In this document: positions 1-10,627 of the stretch, in pieces
Layout: each line of letters starts with the position of its first letter
Position numbering within the stretch: position 1 is the stretch's first letter
Source: Gracilimonas sediminicola
GTDB lineage: Bacteria; Bacteroidota; Rhodothermia; Balneolales; Balneolaceae
Assembly: GCF_024320785.1 (NCBI RefSeq)
Contig: NZ_JANDBC010000001.1
Coordinates: 737,309-769,308, forward strand
Length of the DNA: 32,000 nucleotides
Reading direction: 5' to 3'
Position numbers and translations under genes: made by a program
The notes under the pieces: model-generated
What the model saw: only the letters and a program-made list of their open reading frames with translations
What the model was told of the DNA's origin: nothing
Database searches by the model: none

Positions 1-2
1 GT

Positions 3-2867
3 CAATTTATCAACAGGTCCACGAATTCTGCCAACTTCGAAGTCTCGGTAAACAATCAACAAATTGAAACGGTGAATATCCGGGCTATTTCCTGCTTAAG
101 CAGCTGTGGGAGCTGTTATAACTGTAGTTCCGGGGATTCCGGTGTGGAGGGCTCCTTCAAAACCAGTTTCACCCCATCTATTCAAGATGGAATTATTGAG
201 GCTGAGGCTACTTATAATCACAGCGAATCAAGCTCAAGGGGCTTTTTGGACTGGTTCCGCGTGGTAGTTCGCAGAGAACTTCAGGCACAGAATAATCATC
301 TGTATTTCTATTCCCCCGCCGATGGTTCTTCCAGTGAACTTGCTCAATACCGGCTCTCCGGGTTTGACAACCAGCCTGTCATTCTTGATGTAAGTAATGT
401 AACCCAACCGAAGCTATTGAGTTCAACCGGATCTAACGGAAATTATAGCTTCAATTATTATTCAGGGGATGACTTACGGTTTGTGGCTCAATCCAGCTTT
501 TTCGAGCCGGCCATGGGCACTTTAGTAGCCCCTCAAAACCTGAAAGGAATTACCGATTACCCTGACTATATCATTGTTACCTCCGAAGAGTTTCGGGAAT
601 ATGCCGAAGACCTTGGAAATTACAGGGCTCAAAAGGATGGATTAAATCCCGTTATTGTAACCCAGGAACAAATATTGAATGAGTTTTCGGGCGGGGTTGT
701 CGATCCATCTGCCATTCGTGATTACACAAAATTTTTGTACGACCGTGCTTTGAACAACGGGCAGGAGCCTCCAAAATATTTGCTGCTTTTTGGGGATACC
801 ACCTTTGACTACAAGAACATTATCAGCAATGGCTTCCAAAATTATATCGTCACTTATCAAAGTGATGAATCGCTGAATAGAATACAGTCTTTCGCTACCG
901 ATGATTTCTTCGGTTTTCTGGATGACAATGAGGGAGATTTAACCGGTGGGCAGACCAGCAACTCGCATTACCTGGATATTGGATTGGGCCGAATTTCTGC
1001 ACAAACACGGTCAGAAGCAGCAATAGCCGTCCAAAAAATTAAAACCTACGAAGATCCGGCCAACACTGGCAGCTGGCAAAACCTGTTAACCTTTGCTGCC
1101 GATGATGACTTCCCTGATTCCGGCGACCGAGACATACACGTAGTTAATGCCGATGAAACGGCCCAGCGTATGAACTTCATAGAGCCTGGACTACGAATCA
1201 AAAAAGTGTATGAATTTGCCTACCCGGTTGAGATTACCGGATCGGGACGAAAAATACCCGGTGCCACCGATGCTTTCATAAGTTCATTTAACGAGGGTAC
1301 GCTGGTTATGAATTATTCGGGCCACGGAAACGAGCAGACGCTGTCTGATGAGGAGTTATTCCTGTCCAATTACATTCCCAACCTGACCAACCGCGATCAG
1401 TTAGCTGTGCTTGTAACAGCTACTTGTCAGTTCGGCCGATACGACGATATCGATGCCCAATCTGGTGCTGAGCAACTACTTTTTGCAGAAAACGGTGGTA
1501 TTGTAGGAGCATTTACAACCACCCGGGTCGTCTTCACAAGTTTTACCATAAGTGCAGGAAATAACTTCGGATTGAACGTAGCCCTCTCCCAACGCATGGT
1601 TGAACGTAATCCCGATGGAAGCCCACTTCGATTGGGTGATATTTACATGCGTACAAAAAATTCCAGTATCGGCAGTTCTACCGTTGTTGCTTCCCGGAAC
1701 AGTAAAAAATTCATTCTTATTGGTGATCCCGCTACAAAATTCCGCCTGCCTGAGCAACAAGCCGACCTGACATCCATCAACGGCTACACAGAAACCGGTG
1801 AAGATACCACACTCACCATAAAGGCTCTTGATCAGGTTAACCTGGCCGGACAGATAAAAGACCTGCAGGGAAATCCATTACCAAATTATAGCGGAGAGGC
1901 GGTTATTACGGTTATGGACGCCCCTCGTAACGTGCCTCTGCCATCTGATCGAGAATGGGTTGCCCAGGACAACTGCCGGCTTTCTGGCTGTGATTATGAA
2001 TCGGAGAACGATATTCTTTTTAAAGGCAAGGCCGCCATCACTAACGGGGAGTTTACCTCTTCTTTTATAGTACCAAAAGACATCAGCTTTTCAGATAACA
2101 CCGGCCGTATCATTTTCTTTGCTAACAGCAATGGACAAACTGCAGGCGGCTCATATACAAAAGTACGCTTTAACGGAGTTAACGAAAACGCGGTTGACGA
2201 CGGGTCGGGACCACAAATGGATGTATTTCTGAACGATGAACGCTTTGTAAACGGAAACCTGGTGAACAGTTCACCAACACTGATAATTGAACTTGAAGAT
2301 CAATCTGGCATAAACACTACAGGAACAGGAGTAGGACATGAAATAATTGCTACAATCGATACAGAACCACAACAATCGTTCGTCCTCAACGATTTTTATG
2401 AGGGCAGTTTAAATGATTTCACGCGGGGGCGTATCGAGTACCCTCTGGATCAACTTCCGGAAGGTAGCTATACCCTTAAAGTTCGAGCGTGGGATGTGCA
2501 CAATAATCCTTCAGAAGAAGAAGTTTTCTTTGAAGTAGCATCGAGTGAGGAGTTAACCGTCAGAAACGTGTTTAACTTCCCTAACCCGATGAATAATGCC
2601 ACCCGATTCAGCTTCGAACATAACCAGCCCGGTAATCCACTTGACGTATCAGTTCGTATTTATACACTGAGTGGCAAGCCGGTCCAACACATTGAACAGT
2701 CACTCATAACTACAAGTTCTTATGCCAGTATTTCATGGGATGGCCGTGACCGGGATTATGATCGCCTGGGTAACGGTACTTATATTTATGTGCTTCGGGT
2801 TGCAACAAATACCCCGAAAGGAAGACAAACAGCAGAGCAAGTCGAAAAGCTCGTAATCATACGATAG
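3..2867 (+). CDS. porU: Gingipain-like C25 peptidase, likely type IX secretion sortase PorU (5' end outside window)
   Basis: Frame stays open upstream of the listed GTG at 72 to the window edge (...QFINRSTNSANFEVSVNNQQIETVNIRAI...). Contains His motif NYSGHGNEQTLSDE and Cys motif VTATCQFGRYDD typical of C25. C-terminal FlgD/T9SS-type domain (FNFPNPMNNATRFSF...LGNGTYIYVLRV). Directly followed by a PorV-like gene. Confidence 0.85.
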   Translation, partial: QFINRSTNSANFEVSVNNQQIETVNIRAISCLSSCGSCYNCSSGDSGVEGSFKTSFTPSIQDGIIEAEATYNHSESSSRGFLDWFRVVVRRELQAQNNHLYFYSPADGSSSELAQYRLSGFDNQPVILDVSNVTQPKLLSSTGSNGNYSFNYYSGDDLRFVAQSSFFEPAMGTLVAPQNLKGITDYPDYIIVTSEEFREYAEDLGNYRAQKDGLNPVIVTQEQILNEFSGGVVDPSAIRDYTKFLYDRALNNGQEPPKYLLLFGDTTFDYKNIISNGFQNYIVTYQSDESLNRIQSFATDDFFGFLDDNEGDLTGGQTSNSHYLDIGLGRISAQTRSEAAIAVQKIKTYEDPANTGSWQNLLTFAADDDFPDSGDRDIHVVNADETAQRMNFIEPGLRIKKVYEFAYPVEITGSGRKIPGATDAFISSFNEGTLVMNYSGHGNEQTLSDEELFLSNYIPNLTNRDQLAVLVTATCQFGRYDDIDAQSGAEQLLFAENGGIVGAFTTTRVVFTSFTISAGNNFGLNVALSQRMVERNPDGSPLRLGDIYMRTKNSSIGSSTVVASRNSKKFILIGDPATKFRLPEQQADLTSINGYTETGEDTTLTIKALDQVNLAGQIKDLQGNPLPNYSGEAVITVMDAPRNVPLPSDREWVAQDNCRLSGCDYESENDILFKGKAAITNGEFTSSFIVPKDISFSDNTGRIIFFANSNGQTAGGSYTKVRFNGVNENAVDDGSGPQMDVFLNDERFVNGNLVNSSPTLIIELEDQSGINTTGTGVGHEIIATIDTEPQQSFVLNDFYEGSLNDFTRGRIEYPLDQLPEGSYTLKVRAWDVHNNPSEEEVFFEVASSEELTVRNVFNFPNPMNNATRFSFEHNQPGNPLDVSVRIYTLSGKPVQHIEQSLITTSSYASISWDGRDRDYDRLGNGTYIYVLRVATNTPKGRQTAEQVEKLVIIR

Positions 2868-2921
2868 CATCGTAACTTAACCCTGAATCTCTTATATTCA
2901 ACTATCTTAAATTCGTTTTTT

Positions 2922-4067
2922 ATGAAAAGGACAGTATCCATTATAGCAGCAGCATTATTTTTAATGCCTGCCATCACATATGCACAGGTTGCCATTACAG
3001 CGGTGCCCTTTCTACAAATTGAACCGGATTCACGCGGTGCCGGTATGGGTAACACCGGAGTAGCTATTGCAGACAATGCATCTGCGCTATTTTGGAATCC
3101 CGCCGGTTTAGCCTTTCAAAAAGGTAATAACCAGGCCAGTATCACCCACTCGAACTGGTTGGCCAACTTTAACGTGAGTGACCTTTTCTACGATTACGTG
3201 GTAGGCAAATATTACGTTGAAGGCATTGGCACCTTCGGTGCTCACTTAACTTACCTGAACCTGGGAGAGCAAGTGGAAACGGATGAAACAAGTCCGGAGC
3301 CGATCTCCCGATTCCAGAGCTATGAAGTGGCGCTCGGTGGATCTTATGGATACCAGGTGAGTAAAAACTTTGGGGTTGGAACCAGTCTTCGCCTTATTTA
3401 CTCCAGTTTAGCCAGCGGTACTTCCATCGCAGCCCAGAAAGTAAATCCGGGAAGTAGTGTGGCTGTAGACCTTTCCTTCTTATATAAGACGGACACGTTC
3501 TCGCTTGGAGGAAGAGATGCACGTTTTAGCTTTGGATCAAACCTATCAAACCTCGGGCCCGGCATCCAGTACACCGACAACGCCCAGAAAGACCCCCTGC
3601 CAACTGTACTGCGCTTCGGGTGGTCGTTCGATCTTGATCTGGATGATGAAGGCATTAACCGCATCACCGTTGCCAACGATATTTCCAAAATCATGGCCCG
3701 TACCGATAAGTTTGAAGTGCAAAGCGGTGACTCAACCGTTATCGAAACCAAAGCTGTAGGTCCCATTGAAGCCCTTTACAAGTCATGGAGCAGCTTCGAG
3801 CGTTTTGACGGACAGAATACTGTCGAGGTTGGGCTGATGCAGCAGTTTATGATTGGAGCCGGTATTGAATACTGGTATGCGGATCAATTCGCTCTGCGTG
3901 GCGGTTATTATTTCGAAGATCCCCAAAACGGTGATCGTGAATACATTACTTTTGGCGCCGGTATCCGCTATAGTTTTCTGGGTGTTGACTTCAGTTATAT
4001 AAAAACGCTTGAAGAAGATCACCCACTTGCCAACACCCTGCGATTCAGTTTGCTTATTGACTTTTAA
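2922..4067 (+). CDS. porV: PorV/LptO-like type IX secretion outer-membrane beta-barrel protein
   Basis: Signal peptide followed by AITAVPFLQIEPDSRGAGMGNTGVAIADNASALFWNPAGLA, characteristic of the PorV/UPF0164 family; adjacent to the PorU-like gene. Confidence 0.88.
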   Translation: MKRTVSIIAAALFLMPAITYAQVAITAVPFLQIEPDSRGAGMGNTGVAIADNASALFWNPAGLAFQKGNNQASITHSNWLANFNVSDLFYDYVVGKYYVEGIGTFGAHLTYLNLGEQVETDETSPEPISRFQSYEVALGGSYGYQVSKNFGVGTSLRLIYSSLASGTSIAAQKVNPGSSVAVDLSFLYKTDTFSLGGRDARFSFGSNLSNLGPGIQYTDNAQKDPLPTVLRFGWSFDLDLDDEGINRITVANDISKIMARTDKFEVQSGDSTVIETKAVGPIEALYKSWSSFERFDGQNTVEVGLMQQFMIGAGIEYWYADQFALRGGYYFEDPQNGDREYITFGAGIRYSFLGVDFSYIKTLEEDHPLANTLRFSLLIDF

Positions 4068-4070
4068 TAC

Positions 4071-7000
4071 ATGCAGCATTTGAAGTTTTTCATGAGGAGC
4101 ATGTTAGTTTTTAGCATGCTCTTTCTATTTTGGAACCGCCACACCCACGCTCAACAGATTCCCGTTAAGCGTTCTCACGCTATTTCCAAGCCCCAACCGG
4201 TAATGAGTGAGAACCTGAACGCGACCGGAACGCTTAATGTGGTTGCCATTATGGTTGAATTTCAACCGGACAGTAATCGTCTGACTTCCGGAACCGGGAT
4301 TTTTGGCCCCGATGGCATGGACGGACTTCCTTATTTGGCTAATGCTGAAGACTTCCGGATTGAACCCCTTCCGCACAACCGAAGTTATTTTGAAGCTCAC
4401 CTTGAGTTTGCTAAGAACTATTATGAGCAATCCTCCGATGGTCAGTTAACTATCGATTATCAGGTACTTCCGACTATTTATCAGCTCCCGAAAAAAATGG
4501 AGGAATACTCCCCAACCGGAGAAACCTTTACGAACGAAAAAGTAGCCGAGCTTGCCCGCGATGCCTGGCAAGAAGTTGAAAATGGTCCAAATTTTGATGC
4601 TTCCGGACTGGATCCTGAAACCACTGCTTTTGTCATATTCCATGCCGGGGTTGGGCGCGATATTGAGCTAACGGGCACTAATCTAGACATAACCCCTTTT
4701 GACATCCCTTCCCTTTACCTTCGAAAAGAAAATCTTGGGCAGCTTCTAAATGATCCTTCTTTTAACGGATTTACTGTAAATGATGGCTCGTTTCGTGTCA
4801 CAAACTCCATGATTCTCCCAAGAACAGAAACACGCCGCGGGCTTGATATTCAGGATAATGAATTCGCTTTTCCCCTTTCCATAAATGGGCTTTTGTGTGC
4901 ATCTATTGGAAGTCACCTTGGCTTACCGGATTTATTCAACACTGAAACCGGAGACCCCGCAATTGGCCGCTTTGGATTGATGGATGGAGCCGGATTCTTT
5001 TCCTACAATGGACTGCTTCCTCCCGAACCTTCTGCCTGGGAAAAAATGTATTTAGGATGGGAAACCCCTTTTGAAATTGATGTGAACCAAGCGGGTGATA
5101 TTCAGCTTCCGGCAAATTCCCTCGATCAACCTAATGCCATTGCAAAATACAAGCTCTCCGATTCCGAGTATTTCCTGATTGAAAACAGGCACAGAGATCC
5201 CGATGGAACCGGAATTACGCTGACTATCCGACAACCCGATGGCAATGAAGTTCAGCAAACCTTTACCAATCAGGATGAAGCCTTTGTATTTCAGCAGTCA
5301 GAGTTCGACACTCTTCTGCAGGCCGGAACTTTTGTGAATGCCTCAAATTTTGATTTCAGCCTTCCGGGCGGACTGGATGTCGGAGAAAATGAAAACGACC
5401 CGTCTGATGACAGAGAACTTAATGGCGGGATTCTGATCTGGCATATTGACGAGGCCATGATCAACCTGCAGCTACAAAATGAGCGTGTAAATGCAGACCC
5501 TGCACGGCGTGGCGTGGATTTGGAAGAGGCCGATGGTGCCCAGGATATAGGTCCCGGAGTACCCGGAGCACTGGATAACAGCGCCGCTTTTGGATCCGCT
5601 TTTGACTTTTGGTGGAGTGGCAACGACTACCGCGTGATTTTGCAATCGGGACAGGAGCTCAGCTTCTATCAAAACAGGTTCAGCTCCGACACCCGCCCGG
5701 ATAACAAAAGCAATTCGGGGGCTCCCTCCTTTTTTGAGCTGTACGATTTTTCCGATAATCTCCCCACAGCTTCGTTTAAAATCCGCCCAGACGAACCCAA
5801 TTCCGATTTATATACCTCGGACTTTACGGTACAGCTGGATTCCTCCCAAAGCTATTTCACCGGCGATGATCCCTACTTCAATTACTTTCCGCTTTCCCTG
5901 TCTGTTTATGAAACCGCAACCGACACTTTTTTGATTGTTCCTTCTCAGCAATCGGTGACTGCTCTTTCTACTTCTGATCCTGAGAACATGCAGTTTCAGC
6001 TTTCTGATGCCCCTGTTCAGCAGCCATTTATTGGAACTGAATTGGTATTGGGGGGAAAGCCCGAAGCAGGCACTCCTGATATTACGATCGCTTCCGTTTC
6101 ATGGAACTCAAATACCCAACAATTTGACACCAGCTGGACAGCTACGCTCCCGGCCAACCGTGGCTTTCTGAGCTCTCAAACCGGCGAAACTATTTTAGCT
6201 GATTTTACTGATGCGGGATTGACGGCCGATAACGGTAACCCTACCTCAGAAGGGATTCCTCCTTTTCAACGCTCTGAAGTTATCAGTGGTGAGTTTTCCG
6301 AAGCGTATGATTCCGGCGTTTCATTCTCATCCTTAAGCGGGTATGCTTATACACCTGTATCTGATCAAAACCGGCTCTATACAGGCGCAATCATGCTTGG
6401 TAACCGGGTCATGTTCTATGTTTTTGAAGATAACCGGTTTGTATTGGTTGATCCTGAATCCGACCAAAGAGAGCTCCCTGTTTTTGAAGAAACAGCCGCT
6501 GAATGGCCGGCAATCCTTGACGATGCCACTACCCTTCGGGTTGATAAAACCAATAATCAGCTCATTGCAAATAACCGGCTTGGATCTACAGAGGATTATT
6601 ATCCCGTAGATGCACCGGACGGTGTGCAGTTTATTGGTACTCCACTATACACCGACCTGATAGCATCCGGTTCGGAATATGCAACATTGGTCGTCGGTCA
6701 GGATAGTCTGTCCCAAAACATTTTTGCTTACAACAATCAAGGACAGCTGATTGATGGCTTCCCGCTTTATGTTGGTAAGGCAGTGACCTCTATGACTCAG
6801 CCTATTCACCCGATTATTTACAGAGGAAACTTATATGCCGTCAGTCATGACGGAACGGTGAAATCATGGAATCTGACTCAGGTTACCGATACCAAATGGG
6901 CAACCCGATATGGGGAGGCCCCATTCAATAAGGTATCAGCCCGTGTTCAACCTTCGGAAAATGAAACTCCTTCCGGTTTTGGTGTTCTGAATGAAACAGA

Positions 7001-7265
7001 AACCTACAACTGGCCAAACCCGGCAACAGATCATACCAACATACGTTTTGAGCTTGCAGAACCCGGCGGGAACGTCCAGATTACGGTAATAACCATGAGC
7101 GGACGTATCATTTTTGAACAATCCCTTAGCTCTCCCGGAGGCTTTCCTCAGGAAGTTCAGGTTCAAACCGGTGACTGGGGAAGCGGAGGATACGTTGCCC
7201 GTGTTAAAGCCACCGTTGACGGTAAAACTGAAACCAAACTCATTAAAATCGGAGTCGTGCATTGA
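4071..7265 (+). CDS. M6 (immune inhibitor A-like) metalloprotease-domain protein with C-terminal T9SS sorting-like domain; zinc-binding motif not conserved
   Basis: M6-like landmarks (FHAGVG, LGLPDLFN, GRFGLMDG, PSAWEKMYLGW). C-terminal NWPNPATDHTNIRFELAEPGGNVQITVITMSGRII...GGYVARVKA resembles a T9SS type A domain. The expected HExxH reads ASIGS. Confidence 0.75.
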   Translation: MQHLKFFMRSMLVFSMLFLFWNRHTHAQQIPVKRSHAISKPQPVMSENLNATGTLNVVAIMVEFQPDSNRLTSGTGIFGPDGMDGLPYLANAEDFRIEPLPHNRSYFEAHLEFAKNYYEQSSDGQLTIDYQVLPTIYQLPKKMEEYSPTGETFTNEKVAELARDAWQEVENGPNFDASGLDPETTAFVIFHAGVGRDIELTGTNLDITPFDIPSLYLRKENLGQLLNDPSFNGFTVNDGSFRVTNSMILPRTETRRGLDIQDNEFAFPLSINGLLCASIGSHLGLPDLFNTETGDPAIGRFGLMDGAGFFSYNGLLPPEPSAWEKMYLGWETPFEIDVNQAGDIQLPANSLDQPNAIAKYKLSDSEYFLIENRHRDPDGTGITLTIRQPDGNEVQQTFTNQDEAFVFQQSEFDTLLQAGTFVNASNFDFSLPGGLDVGENENDPSDDRELNGGILIWHIDEAMINLQLQNERVNADPARRGVDLEEADGAQDIGPGVPGALDNSAAFGSAFDFWWSGNDYRVILQSGQELSFYQNRFSSDTRPDNKSNSGAPSFFELYDFSDNLPTASFKIRPDEPNSDLYTSDFTVQLDSSQSYFTGDDPYFNYFPLSLSVYETATDTFLIVPSQQSVTALSTSDPENMQFQLSDAPVQQPFIGTELVLGGKPEAGTPDITIASVSWNSNTQQFDTSWTATLPANRGFLSSQTGETILADFTDAGLTADNGNPTSEGIPPFQRSEVISGEFSEAYDSGVSFSSLSGYAYTPVSDQNRLYTGAIMLGNRVMFYVFEDNRFVLVDPESDQRELPVFEETAAEWPAILDDATTLRVDKTNNQLIANNRLGSTEDYYPVDAPDGVQFIGTPLYTDLIASGSEYATLVVGQDSLSQNIFAYNNQGQLIDGFPLYVGKAVTSMTQPIHPIIYRGNLYAVSHDGTVKSWNLTQVTDTKWATRYGEAPFNKVSARVQPSENETPSGFGVLNETETYNWPNPATDHTNIRFELAEPGGNVQITVITMSGRIIFEQSLSSPGGFPQEVQVQTGDWGSGGYVARVKATVDGKTETKLIKIGVVH

Positions 7266-10200
7266 TGAGAAGATTTAAGCTAATTTCGGTTTTATTTCTG
7301 CTTCTGGGGCTGGCTCCATTTTTATCTCAAGCCCAAACAGATGTGCGGTTCTACGATTATCCCATGAATCACCTGGATTGGTACACCATCGAAAGTGAGC
7401 ACTTTCTGGTGCACTTTCAGGAAGGCAACAGCCGCTCGGCACAGGTCGTCTCCCGCATTGCAGAAGAAATCCACCCTCCGATCACAGACCTTTACCAATA
7501 CACCCCGGATGAGAAAGTAAGTATTGTGCTCAAAGACCGGGAGGATTACTCCAACGGCGCCGCTTACTTCTTCGATAACAAAATTGATATCTGGCTTCCT
7601 GCTTTAAACACTCCCCTGCGTGGCACTCACAACTGGCTGCGAAATGTGATCACCCACGAATACACTCACATCATCCAAATTCAGAAGGGGATGAAGCGGA
7701 GTCGCAAAATTCCGGCTTTCTACTTGCAGTGGCTGTCGTACGAAGATGTGCGTCGCCCTGATGTGCTTTACGGGTTCCCCAATGGCATCATAACCATGCC
7801 TTTTGCAACGGTGAATATCCCGGCCTGGCTTGCCGAGGGTACGGCTCAGTATCAAACAGCCGGGCTTTTATATGAAACGTGGGACAGCCACCGCGATATG
7901 ATTTTACGAACGCGCATCCTTACTGACACCTACTTTTCGCTTCAGCAAATGGCTACTTTTTCCTCCAAAACCAGCCTTGAGCGTGAAACAGTATATAATC
8001 AGGGCTATGCTTTTGTTATTTACCTGGCTAATCGTTTTGGGGATGAAGTACTGAGAGAAATCACTTCTTCCCTTGGTGAAAAAGGCGTTTATACCGTTGA
8101 AGAAGCCATTAAAATGGCAACCGGACTGCCCGGTAATGAAGTTTTTAATGACTGGATTGATGAACGCAAAGACTTTTATGCAACAGCAACGGAAGGCATC
8201 AACCCAACTCTGAGCGATACCGTTGAGAAAGCCGGTTTCTTCAACTTTTATCCGCAACAATCCCCGGATGGTTCCAGGCTGGCTTATCTCTCAAACAAAG
8301 GCGTTGACTATGGTTTGCTCTCCTTATATCTGAAGGATCTTGACGGTAACGAAAAGGAAGTAGCGGTGATAGACGATCTTGACTTCCACCGGCCCAAAAA
8401 CCATGTGAGTTCTTTGGAGCCGATACTCACTTTTCTGGAATCTTCATTTTCCTTTTCCCCGGACGGCAATCAGATTGCCTATGCCATCAACAAGAAGAAT
8501 AAATATGGAGAACATTACCGGGATATTTTTATTTACGACATCAAGTCGGAAGAGAATAAACGCCTTACAAACAGTGCCCGTATCGAGTCCCCTGCCTGGA
8601 ATAAGGATAACAACAAGATAGTAGCCGTTCAGTATTCGCGCGGTACGCAGAATCTGGTGCTGCTTCACCCCGAACATCCTGACTCGGTAACCCGGCTAAC
8701 CAACTACCAAAGTGGAGAAACAGTGTATACTCCTGAATGGGGACCAACCGATTCAAAAATTTATTTTGCCAAAGCTGTAAATGGAAACCGTGACATCTAC
8801 CTTCTCGATGTAGAATCGGGCGTGGTTCTTCCCTACTTATCAGATAAGTACATCGATTATCGGGATCCTCATATTGGTCCTGATGGCAACTACCTCTACT
8901 ACTCGGCCAATCCTGAAGGTATCTTCAATATCTTTCGAGTTCCGCTGAGCAGTGGAGAATCGCAACAGCTTACCAGTGTAATGGGTGGGGCGTTTATGCC
9001 TTTTATCGGGGAAGACGGAATTCTTTATTTCTCAGAATACCACGCAGACGGGTATAAGATTAAGTCATCGCTGGAGAACAGGCTGCTGGCACAACCCCGT
9101 TTTGGTTATTATGAGCCTCCGTTTCCGGATGAAATCATGGAGCCGGGAGCTGACTTTGAGTACATCAACAAGCTTAATGATTTTGATGATACCGACATCC
9201 GCCCCTTTGGTGAACAGGCAGAAGCCATTGCCGACACCGGCAGTTATCGTTTTGAGTTGTCCACCATTGATGATGACATGGAAAGAACCTACCGCGAATA
9301 CGAAGATACCTATTCCGGGTTCAGCTTTTTCCCGGTGCTTCGGTTTGATAACTACTCCCAGGTCAATGGAAATAACGGCTCACTGATCAGAAATGGGAAA
9401 ATCGGGCAGTTTGGAGAGAACCTGCTTCGGGATGCCAAACCCGGTGTTTATTTTTCTTCTCGGGATGTGATAGACAAACTGAGTTTATTTGGTGGATTGA
9501 TGGTAGGAGTGGCCTCACAACCGGCTGAAAGCATTGGCGGTTTCTTCCGCCCTGACCGACTTTTTGGCCTGGACCGTGATGCATTTCTGATTGCCGAACA
9601 CCGCGGGCTCCCTTTTATAGAGCGCAGCTGGTCCCCAACGGTAGCGCTCGAAATCTATAACCTTCGCCGTAATGTATCAGACGGATTGTCGATTGAAGAA
9701 TTTCGCTGCACTTCCTGCGGCCGGCCCGATACCATCTCTGTGGATATTGCTTATGATATCTGGGAAGCCGGTTTATATTTCAGGAGCAAACTGAGCAGAA
9801 GAAGTATGCTGGAGTTGGGAATTGCTTACAGCCCTTACCGGGTCTCCACCGACGACTTCTATTCCCGGGAACTGAAAGCACAAGTAAGCGGATCTTCTTC
9901 ACAGTACTTTCGAGGCACTACCTTATCCGCATCCTACACCTTCGATTATTACACCTACTCAAACGATGCCGACATTGCCCCGCTGGGTTTAAAAGGATAT
10001 GCACGCTATCAATATCAACCCTCCAAATTACTGGAAGAATATGAAATTGATGATGGATCCCTCTCCCCCGTTTTCAAGAACTCCAATAATCACTCCACAG
10101 AAATTCATATGCGATATGGATTTAAAACATTCGGTGATCAGGCGTTTCAGGCTCGTGTAAGAGGCTTTCACTACTTTAATAACCCCGGCGATTCTTTTTA

Positions 10201-10627
10201 TGCCGATTATGTTGGCGGATTTTTAGGGCTGAGAAGTTATCCCTATTTCGCATTAGGCGGCAGTACTACCGGTTTTGCAAGCCTGTCCTGGTTTGCTCCC
10301 ATTTTCAGGAACATCAACAAACAAGTGGGGCCGTACACACTGGATAAAGTTTTTGCCCGTTTCTTCTTTGAAACCGGCAACGGATGGCGAAGTCCTTATG
10401 ACACGGGCAACAACCTGAAATCCGGCATCGGGGCCGAACTGCGACTGGCTTTAAACGGATATTACTTATTCCCGCTGAAGTTCTTTGTGAGTGGAGCATA
10501 CGGGTTCAATGAGTTTACCTTAACCCTGCCTGAAGATTTCATCACAAACTCACAGAGTAACAAAGTTACCTATGGGCGCGAGTTACTCATTCATTTCGGT
10601 ATAACCTTTGATTTTGAACTGTTATGA
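7262..10627 (+). CDS. Peptidase-MA-like gluzincin domain + TolB/WD40-like beta-propeller + C-terminal outer-membrane barrel-like region
   Basis: Signal peptide; VITHEYTHIIQIQ (HExxH) followed by PAWLAEGTAQY (third-ligand motif); repeated propeller blades (SPDGSRLAYLSN, SPDGNQIAYAIN, GPDGNYLYYSANPEG); C-terminal FARFFFETGNGWRSPYDTGNNLKSGIGAELRL...FHFGITFDFELL-type barrel strands. Start ATG overlaps the previous stop (ATGA). Confidence 0.75.
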   Translation: MMRRFKLISVLFLLLGLAPFLSQAQTDVRFYDYPMNHLDWYTIESEHFLVHFQEGNSRSAQVVSRIAEEIHPPITDLYQYTPDEKVSIVLKDREDYSNGAAYFFDNKIDIWLPALNTPLRGTHNWLRNVITHEYTHIIQIQKGMKRSRKIPAFYLQWLSYEDVRRPDVLYGFPNGIITMPFATVNIPAWLAEGTAQYQTAGLLYETWDSHRDMILRTRILTDTYFSLQQMATFSSKTSLERETVYNQGYAFVIYLANRFGDEVLREITSSLGEKGVYTVEEAIKMATGLPGNEVFNDWIDERKDFYATATEGINPTLSDTVEKAGFFNFYPQQSPDGSRLAYLSNKGVDYGLLSLYLKDLDGNEKEVAVIDDLDFHRPKNHVSSLEPILTFLESSFSFSPDGNQIAYAINKKNKYGEHYRDIFIYDIKSEENKRLTNSARIESPAWNKDNNKIVAVQYSRGTQNLVLLHPEHPDSVTRLTNYQSGETVYTPEWGPTDSKIYFAKAVNGNRDIYLLDVESGVVLPYLSDKYIDYRDPHIGPDGNYLYYSANPEGIFNIFRVPLSSGESQQLTSVMGGAFMPFIGEDGILYFSEYHADGYKIKSSLENRLLAQPRFGYYEPPFPDEIMEPGADFEYINKLNDFDDTDIRPFGEQAEAIADTGSYRFELSTIDDDMERTYREYEDTYSGFSFFPVLRFDNYSQVNGNNGSLIRNGKIGQFGENLLRDAKPGVYFSSRDVIDKLSLFGGLMVGVASQPAESIGGFFRPDRLFGLDRDAFLIAEHRGLPFIERSWSPTVALEIYNLRRNVSDGLSIEEFRCTSCGRPDTISVDIAYDIWEAGLYFRSKLSRRSMLELGIAYSPYRVSTDDFYSRELKAQVSGSSSQYFRGTTLSASYTFDYYTYSNDADIAPLGLKGYARYQYQPSKLLEEYEIDDGSLSPVFKNSNNHSTEIHMRYGFKTFGDQAFQARVRGFHYFNNPGDSFYADYVGGFLGLRSYPYFALGGSTTGFASLSWFAPIFRNINKQVGPYTLDKVFARFFFETGNGWRSPYDTGNNLKSGIGAELRLALNGYYLFPLKFFVSGAYGFNEFTLTLPEDFITNSQSNKVTYGRELLIHFGITFDFELL

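Noticed and set aside
7904-8260. 118-aa minus-strand ORF
   Set aside because: Antisense to the protease/propeller gene; no ribosome-binding or family support.
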